This document shows positions 1 to 4,467 of a stretch of DNA of 5,833 nt, one piece after another. Source of the DNA: Pseudomonas phage Pf3; sequence record NC_001418.1; one strand, 5' to 3'. The position numbers and the translations under genes were made by a program. Position 1 is the stretch's first letter. The number at the start of each line of letters is the position of its first letter. The notes below the pieces were generated by a model that did no database searches, had not been told where the DNA came from, and saw only the letters and a list, made by a program, of their open reading frames with translations.

Positions 1-106
1 AAGCTTGCCGGAAGGTTCAGGCTTGCAAATTGGCGGGATGTTATTGCTACTTTCCGCCACCGCTTGGGGTATTCAACAAATAGCCCGTTTACTTTTAAAT
101 CGTTGA
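1..106 (+). CDS. 3' part of the wrap-around ORF58. Small hypothetical protein with a hydrophobic C-terminal half; candidate minor virion-tip protein (pVII/pIX analogue).
   Basis: This continues the ORF that starts at 5763. Bases c5832 and t5833 plus a1 form CTA, followed by SLPEGSGLQIGGMLLLLSATAWGIQQIARLLLNR and a TGA at 104-106. The joined product is 58 aa: MSYYVCVQLVNDVCHEWAERSDLLSLPEGSGLQIGGMLLLLSATAWGIQQIARLLLNR. It sits between the SSB and coat genes, where Ff phages carry genes VII and IX. Confidence 0.55.
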   Translation, partial: SLPEGSGLQIGGMLLLLSATAWGIQQIARLLLNR

Positions 107-119
107 TGAGGTGTCTTTT

Positions 120-254
120 ATGCAATCCGTGATTACTGATGTGACAGGCCAACTGACAGCGGTGCAAGCTGATATCACTACCATTGGTGGTGCTATTATT
201 GTTCTGGCCGCTGTTGTGCTGGGTATTCGCTGGATCAAAGCGCAATTCTTTTGA
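120..254 (+). CDS. Major coat protein, 44 aa, with no signal peptide (gene VIII analogue)
   Basis: ATG at 120, preceded by GAGGTG at 108-113. Translation is MQSVITDVTGQLTAVQADITTIGGAIIVLAAVVLGIRWIKAQFF with TGA at 252-254. The layout is an acidic N-terminus, an 18-residue hydrophobic core and a basic C-terminus (R, K) for DNA contact. The sequence matches the Pf3 coat protein as I recall it from YidC membrane-insertion work. This ORF is too short to appear in the supplied ORF track. Confidence 0.96.
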   Translation: MQSVITDVTGQLTAVQADITTIGGAIIVLAAVVLGIRWIKAQFF

Positions 255-284
255 TCCGTCCTTGGGCTTTTGGCCTCAATCGTT

Positions 285-314
285 ATAAGGGGGCTTCGGC
301 TCCCTTATTCGTTT
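285..314 (+). terminator. Rho-independent terminator downstream of the coat gene
   Basis: ATAAGGGGGC (285-294) pairs with GCTCCCTTAT (299-308) in a 10-bp stem that includes one G:U pair. The loop is TTCG (295-298) and the tail is TCGTTT. Its position after the major coat gene parallels the strong central terminator after gene VIII in Ff phages. Confidence 0.6.
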
Positions 315-328
315 AGCGGCTAAAATTT
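312..328. repeat. Copy 1 of an exact 17-bp element, TTTAGCGGCTAAAATTT, containing the palindrome TTTAGC-G-GCTAAA
   Basis: It is identical to 3372-3388. It abuts the terminator tail and ends 33 nt upstream of the ORF483 start. It contains a -10-like TAAAAT at 321-326. Confidence 0.8.
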
Positions 329-361
329 TTCAATTCACGGGGCTTTTATGGAGATTATGGA

Positions 362-1813
362 ATGGGTCTACATTATTTATTTGGGTTTTGTCTTGCCCTT
401 TTTTCTTTTTCCGCGATAGCTGCTGGGCCTGTTTCTACAGAGGTTGCTGCTGGTACTACTACCTATAGAGTCACCAATACAACCGTTCGAACTCCTCCTA
501 ATGTTACGTTGTCTCCTGTTCGTGACATTACCCCTTATGTTGAAAAGATCCCCAATAAAGGTTTGGCACAAGCTGCCCAGGGTCGTTTGATTGTTGCTCA
601 ACGTGCGGCTTCTGTTCCTGTTACTGGCTTTTTTAATGTTTCTGGCGCTGTTGTTAAATCTGGTGCTAAGTCCTTTCTTCGCTCTGCTGGAAGGGCATCG
701 GGTATAGGTTTGGGTTTGGCGGCTCTTTTAGAAGCTGCTGATTGGGTTTTCGATGAAGAAGGTGAAATAGTTAAGCCCTTACCTGGTGGTGGCAGTCCTG
801 TTCTTATGCCTCGGCCTGTCATTCTCAATGAATACACTGTTACTGGTTCTGCTGGGCAGTGGAGTATTTCTAAAGAATATGAGCCTGATCCCAGGTCAGT
901 TCCTGGATGGTATTCTTATAATGGCAATCCTGTTTGGGTTTCCGCTGTTGAAGATGTTGGATTTACTTGGCGCTACTGGTATTTTGCTGACGTTTTAATG
1001 GATGGCCAGGGCCGTCCTAATTATCTTGTTGCCTATTCTGATTCTGGCCCTAATGAGTATTGGCAGGATGTTGGGGGCTATTCTCTTGATTCTCTTCCGA
1101 CTGAACCTGAATTTGTCCCTTTGACTGATGCTGAACTTGAGGCGGGTATTGATCAGTATTATGAACCTGATCCTGATGATTGGCGCAATTTGTTTCCTTA
1201 TATTGAGCCGGATAGTTTCACTATAGAAACTCCTATTCCGTCTTTGGACCTTTCGCCTGTTGTTTCCAGTTCGACAAATAATCAGACTGGTAAAGTTACT
1301 GTTACTGAAACCACTACCTCTGTTGATTTTGAGGTTTCTGATAACAATTCTTCTCAACCTAGTATTAGCGTTAATGAAACTACTACCGAGAATGTTTATG
1401 TAGATGGTGACTTAGTATCTTCTGAAACGAATACTACTGTTACTAATCCTCCGTCCTCTGGTACTTCAACGCCGCCATCTTCTGGTTCCGGTTCTGATTT
1501 CCAGTTGCCTAGCTTTTGTTCCTGGGCAACTGCTGTCTGTGATTGGTTTGATTGGACACAAGAACCAATTGATGAAGAACCTGATTTAAGTGGCATCATT
1601 TCAGATATTGATGATTTGGAACGTACCAAAGATATTTCCTTTGGCTCAAAGTCCTGTCCTGCGCCTATCGCATTGGATATTGAATTTCTTGATATGTCTG
1701 TTGATCTTTCCTTTGAATGGTTTTGTGAGCTTGCTGGAATCATATATTTTATGGTTATGGCATCTGCTTATGTCCTGGCGGCTTATATAACCCTGGGGGT
1801 GGTTCGTGGCTAG
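362..1813 (+). CDS. Adsorption / minor coat protein, pIII-like (483 aa)
   Basis: ATG at 362 with GGAG at 350-353. The N-terminal signal peptide is MGLHYLFGFCLALFSFSAIAAGP. A long Ser/Thr/Gly/Asn-rich linker spans roughly nt 1261-1500 (...TNPPSSGTSTPPSSGSGSDF). The C-terminal hydrophobic anchor is LAGIIYFMVMASAYVLAAYITLGVVRG. This architecture, and the position directly after the coat gene, are typical of inovirus pIII. The function is assigned by architecture and synteny, not by recognised sequence similarity. Confidence 0.8.
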   Translation: MGLHYLFGFCLALFSFSAIAAGPVSTEVAAGTTTYRVTNTTVRTPPNVTLSPVRDITPYVEKIPNKGLAQAAQGRLIVAQRAASVPVTGFFNVSGAVVKSGAKSFLRSAGRASGIGLGLAALLEAADWVFDEEGEIVKPLPGGGSPVLMPRPVILNEYTVTGSAGQWSISKEYEPDPRSVPGWYSYNGNPVWVSAVEDVGFTWRYWYFADVLMDGQGRPNYLVAYSDSGPNEYWQDVGGYSLDSLPTEPEFVPLTDAELEAGIDQYYEPDPDDWRNLFPYIEPDSFTIETPIPSLDLSPVVSSSTNNQTGKVTVTETTTSVDFEVSDNNSSQPSISVNETTTENVYVDGDLVSSETNTTVTNPPSSGTSTPPSSGSGSDFQLPSFCSWATAVCDWFDWTQEPIDEEPDLSGIISDIDDLERTKDISFGSKSCPAPIALDIEFLDMSVDLSFEWFCELAGIIYFMVMASAYVLAAYITLGVVRG

Positions 1814-2087
1814 ATTACTTGCTCTTGTCATTGGTTATGCATTGTCCAGTTTTGTTTTAAAACTGTTTACTGTGCTTGGTGTTGGTATTTTCACTTATGT
1901 TGGATTAACAGCTTTGGTTGATGGTTTCTTGAATTTGCTTCAACCAATGCTTACTGGCTTGCCTTCTTATATTCTTGATATTCTCGCTATTGCTGGTGTT
2001 CCTGAAGCTCTATCTATTGTGGGTTCTGCTTTGCTAACTCGTGCCTCAATCAATTCTGCTAAAGCCTTTGTGGGAGTCCTGACATGA
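1806..2087 (+). CDS. Small hydrophobic minor coat protein, pVI-like (93 aa)
   Basis: GTG start at 1806 overlaps the end of ORF483 by 8 nt. A purine-rich GGGGGTGG lies at 1794-1801. The protein is almost entirely hydrophobic, with several membrane-spanning stretches. It follows the pIII-like gene, as gene VI does in Ff. The stop TGA at 2085-2087 overlaps the next start (ATGA). Confidence 0.72.
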   Translation: MARLLALVIGYALSSFVLKLFTVLGVGIFTYVGLTALVDGFLNLLQPMLTGLPSYILDILAIAGVPEALSIVGSALLTRASINSAKAFVGVLT

Positions 2088-3376
2088 TCCGTTCAATTAT
2101 TGCTTTGATGTTGTCTTTTGCTCTTGTGCCTTTTGCTTTTGCATCTGATCGACTTACGGTTAAACATCATGAGATTGATATTCGTGTTGCTATTCCTTTG
2201 GTTGCTGACTTTTGTGGTCGGTCTGTTGTTCTTGGGCCATCTATTCAGGGTGTCGTATCTTTAGATTTTGATGATGTTCCTTGCTCTCAAGCGTTTGATC
2301 TTTTGCTTGAGTCTAATCATTTGCTTTCTTCTATGGTGGGTGATGTTCTTGTTATCACTGCTATGGATCAGGTTTTAAATTCTGAACGTAAAGCGGATGA
2401 TTTGAGAACTTTCCGCCGTGATCTTTTTAATGCCAACGATATTGAACGCCGTGTTATCAACATTGTTCATGCTTCGGCTTCTGAGGTTGTTTCACTGTTT
2501 AAAGAATCGTTCATGTCTCTTGATGCTCCAGGTATGTCCATGACTGTTGATGAACGGACTAACAGTGTTTTTGCTGCATTGCCTTCTTCGTTCTTCCCTG
2601 CTCTTGAGTCTGTGATTCAGGCTATTGATGTTCCGGTTCGTCAGGTTGCTATTGAAGCGAATGTGGTTGAGGCTTCCGTGGACTGGTCTAAGCGCCTTGG
2701 CCTTAATTGGGGTGGTGCGTTATCCCTTGGTAATTGGTCTGCTGTTACTGCTGGTGATTTGTCTGTTGCTGCTGGTTCTTCTATCGGATTTGGTTTTTTG
2801 AGTAATACGCTTTCCCTTGATGGTCTTTTTACTGCTATGGAGAATGAAGGCAATGGGCGTGTGGTTTCACGTCCTACCTTGCTGACACTGGATCGCCAAT
2901 CGGCTTCTGTCCTTCGTGGTACTGAATTGCCTTATCAGCAATCTGCGGGTGATGGTGCTACCAGTGTTGCTTTTAAGCATGCCGCCTTGTCGCTTGAGGT
3001 TAAGCCGGTTATCTCTCCTGATAATTCAATTGTTATTGAAGTGCTTGTTTCTCGTGACTCTCCTAATTTTTCAAATGCTATTGATGGTGTTCCGCCTATT
3101 GATACAAACCGCCTTGTAACTACTATTCGTGTTCCTCATGGTCAAACTGTTGTCCTGGGTGGTGTTTATTCAACTATCAATCAGCAAGGTTCTTCCCGTG
3201 TTTCTGGTATTTCACGAATCCCAGGTATTGGCCGTTTGTTCAAAAAGAAAGAACACGTTACTGAACAATATGAATTGCTGATATTTCTTACACCTAGAAT
3301 TCTTGGCCTTGAAGTAGAACCTGAAAAACAATCTTTGGTTTTTGATGAATCGTTTTTCCTTGGTGATCTTTTTTAG
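2084..3376 (+). CDS. Outer-membrane secretin, pIV / PilQ-GspD family (430 aa)
   Basis: ATG at 2084 with GGGAG at 2072-2076. The signal peptide is MIRSIIALMLSFALVPFAFA followed by SD. The C-terminal region is a classic secretin domain: RVVSRPTLLTLDRQSA...GQTVVLGGVY...ISRIPGIGRLFKKKE...ELLIFLTPRIL. The N-terminal segment is N0-like (VSLDFDDVPCSQAFDLLLESNHL). The TAG stop is at 3374-3376. Confidence 0.93.
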   Translation: MIRSIIALMLSFALVPFAFASDRLTVKHHEIDIRVAIPLVADFCGRSVVLGPSIQGVVSLDFDDVPCSQAFDLLLESNHLLSSMVGDVLVITAMDQVLNSERKADDLRTFRRDLFNANDIERRVINIVHASASEVVSLFKESFMSLDAPGMSMTVDERTNSVFAALPSSFFPALESVIQAIDVPVRQVAIEANVVEASVDWSKRLGLNWGGALSLGNWSAVTAGDLSVAAGSSIGFGFLSNTLSLDGLFTAMENEGNGRVVSRPTLLTLDRQSASVLRGTELPYQQSAGDGATSVAFKHAALSLEVKPVISPDNSIVIEVLVSRDSPNFSNAIDGVPPIDTNRLVTTIRVPHGQTVVLGGVYSTINQQGSSRVSGISRIPGIGRLFKKKEHVTEQYELLIFLTPRILGLEVEPEKQSLVFDESFFLGDLF

Positions 3377-3388
3377 CGGCTAAAATTT
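3372..3388. repeat. Copy 2 of the exact 17-bp element TTTAGCGGCTAAAATTT. Here the palindrome extends to 15 bp, TTTTAGCGGCTAAAA (3371-3385).
   Basis: It is identical to 312-328. It contains the secretin stop codon (3374-3376) and a TAAAAT at 3381-3386. It ends 60 nt upstream of the ORF301 start. Confidence 0.8.
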
Positions 3389-3389
3389 G

Positions 3390-3439
3390 TTGTATGTTGT
3401 ATGTAGTACGCTACAACATACTACATACTACAAATGTAG
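3390..3439. promoter_or_regulatory. Repeat-dense AT-rich intergenic element. Candidate ssDNA hairpin signal (packaging signal or complementary-strand origin) and/or operator.
   Basis: TTGTATG occurs in tandem twice (3390-3403) and ACATACT in tandem twice (3416-3429). Two mutually exclusive perfect 10-bp hairpins are possible: 3392-3401 with 3412-3421, and 3399-3408 with 3419-3428. CTACA-AA-TGTAG lies at 3428-3439. The region is non-coding, lying between the secretin stop and the ORF301 start. Confidence 0.5.
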
Positions 3440-3448
3440 GGTGGTGTG

Positions 3449-4354
3449 ATGATTACGTTGATAACAGCGGTGCCGGGTTCCGGTAAAACTCTTTACGCTA
3501 TAGGTTTGATTGAGGCTGCCCTTTCCGAAGGGCGGCCAGTTTTCACAAACATAAGTGGGTTGGTTAAGGATAAATTCTCTAATCCTCACCTTTTGTCTGA
3601 TGCGCCTGATGATTGGCGGGACACTCCAGAGGGATCGTTGGTGGTTTATGACGAGGCCCAGCAAGCGCACTTGTACCCTAGCAATGCCCAGCGTGGGCCG
3701 GTCACGGACGAGCGCCTAACGGCAATGGAAACGCACCGGCATACCGGTCATGATCTGGTTTTCATTACCCAGGCTCCCACGTTTGTGCATCATCACATTC
3801 GTAAGCTGGTTGGGCTGCATATCCATCTTTATCGTTCGCGTGGCCTGCAAGCGGCTTCTAAGTACGAATGGAGCCATGTTTGTGATTCACCTAACGACCG
3901 GAAGGAACAACAAAGGGCTGATTTCGTTCTATGGAAGTTCCCGAAAGAACATTTTGCTTTTTACACCAGTGCGGTTATGCACACGCACAAATTCAAGATG
4001 CCTAAGAAGATAGGTGTTCTGTTGGTTTTTGTTGTTCTCGGTCTGGGTGCTGTCGGTTTTAATCTTTATAAGAATTCAGGGCTGGCTTCGATGGCAGAGG
4101 CTACCGCTTCTGTGGCAGAGGCTACCCCTTCTCCCTTGGCGTTAAACGGGGTTAAACCTTCTTCCTTGGCTGCTCCCTATCAGTGGTCTGCTGCGGCTCC
4201 TGCTGTCCCTGTGTCCGGTTGTGTTGCTAACCGTTCAACGAACCGTTGCCAATGCTTTGATGCTTCTGGTGTCGTCCTGGCGATTGAACACGCGGCCTGC
4301 CTTTCTGTTATTAGTTCGCCGCTTCCTCGTCAGCTTTTGAGTACCAGCAAGTGA
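3449..4354 (+). CDS. Assembly/morphogenesis ATPase, Zot / pI family (301 aa)
   Basis: ATG at 3449 with AGGG/GGTGG 6-10 nt upstream. The ORF track's start at 3446 is a GTG one codon earlier. Walker A is AVPGSGKT (nt 3467-3490) and Walker B-like is LVVYDEAQ. A single transmembrane segment, IGVLLVFVVLGLGAVGFNLY, is followed by an Ala/Ser/Pro-rich periplasmic tail. This is the typical P-loop, TM, periplasmic layout of inovirus pI/Zot. Confidence 0.92.
   Translation: MITLITAVPGSGKTLYAIGLIEAALSEGRPVFTNISGLVKDKFSNPHLLSDAPDDWRDTPEGSLVVYDEAQQAHLYPSNAQRGPVTDERLTAMETHRHTGHDLVFITQAPTFVHHHIRKLVGLHIHLYRSRGLQAASKYEWSHVCDSPNDRKEQQRADFVLWKFPKEHFAFYTSAVMHTHKFKMPKKIGVLLVFVVLGLGAVGFNLYKNSGLASMAEATASVAEATPSPLALNGVKPSSLAAPYQWSAAAPAVPVSGCVANRSTNRCQCFDASGVVLAIEHAACLSVISSPLPRQLLSTSK
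4092..4132 (+). repeat. In-frame 21-bp tandem duplication inside the ORF301 periplasmic tail
   Basis: TGGCAGAGGCTACCGCTTCT (4092-4111) and TGGCAGAGGCTACCCCTTCT (4113-4132) match at 19 of 20 positions with a period of 21. They encode AEATASV and AEATPSP. Nearby degenerate repeats are CCTTCTCCCTTGGC (4127-4140), CCTTCTTCCTTGGC (4157-4170) and GTTAAAC twice (4141-4147, 4151-4157). Confidence 0.85.
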
Positions 4355-4410
4355 TTCCCGAAAGCGAGCAAAAGCGGGAACGGCTTGCCGCCGCTTGCCG
4401 CTCGCTCTTG
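4355..4410. promoter_or_regulatory. GC-rich intergenic element with 10-bp-phased repeats and an imperfect hairpin. Candidate Rep-binding / origin region.
   Basis: AAAGCG occurs at 4361-4366 and 4371-4376. GCTTGCCGC occurs at 4383-4391 and 4393-4401. AGCGAGC (4363-4369) pairs with GCTCGCT (4400-4406), and AAGCGG (4372-4377) pairs with CCGCTT (4391-4396). An alternative stem pairs TTCCCG (4355-4360) with CGGGAA (4375-4380). The element lies in the 113-nt gap directly upstream of the Rep gene. Confidence 0.5.
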
Positions 4411-4467
4411 ATTAGTAGTCACATATCGGTACGCTGCCCAAATCGGCATCCTTGGATCAGGTGATTT

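Noticed and set aside
72-100. Sigma70-like hexamers TTCAAC (72-77) and TTAAAT (95-100) with a 17-nt spacer, about 20 nt upstream of the coat gene.
   Set aside because: They match consensus at only 3 of 6 and 4 of 6 positions. Hexamers of this quality are frequent in AT-rich sequence. I could not find clearly better promoters upstream of rep or ORF301 either, so I make no specific promoter call.
348-419. A 23-codon hydrophobic ORF (MEIMEWVYIIYLGFVLPFFLFPR) starting at ATG 348, with GGGG five nt upstream. It overlaps the ORF483 start out of frame.
   Set aside because: Its hydrophobicity is an automatic by-product of the T-rich signal-peptide coding region of ORF483. The GGAG at 350-353 is better placed for the ATG at 362. 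There is no independent support.
3406-3412. The 7-mer GTACGCT is shared by both intergenic regions (3406-3412 and 4429-4435), as a possible common nick or recognition site.
   Set aside because: A 7-mer recurrence is expected roughly 0.4 times by chance in 5.8 kb, and the flanks do not match. I note it only as something to look at if nick mapping lands on either site.
3390-3429. The tandem heptamer repeats as a possible CRISPR-like or satellite array.
   Set aside because: There are only two copies of each 7-nt unit, with no spacers and no cas genes. The arrangement is an inverted-repeat or hairpin architecture.
3446-3448. GTG starts proposed by the ORF track for the ATPase gene (3446) and for the SSB gene (5518).
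   Set aside because: In both cases an ATG lies one to three codons downstream (3449 and 5527) at better spacing from the Shine-Dalgarno sequence. The 5518 GTG is actually part of the GAGGTG Shine-Dalgarno itself. The ATG starts give the 301-aa and 78-aa sizes I recall for Pf3.
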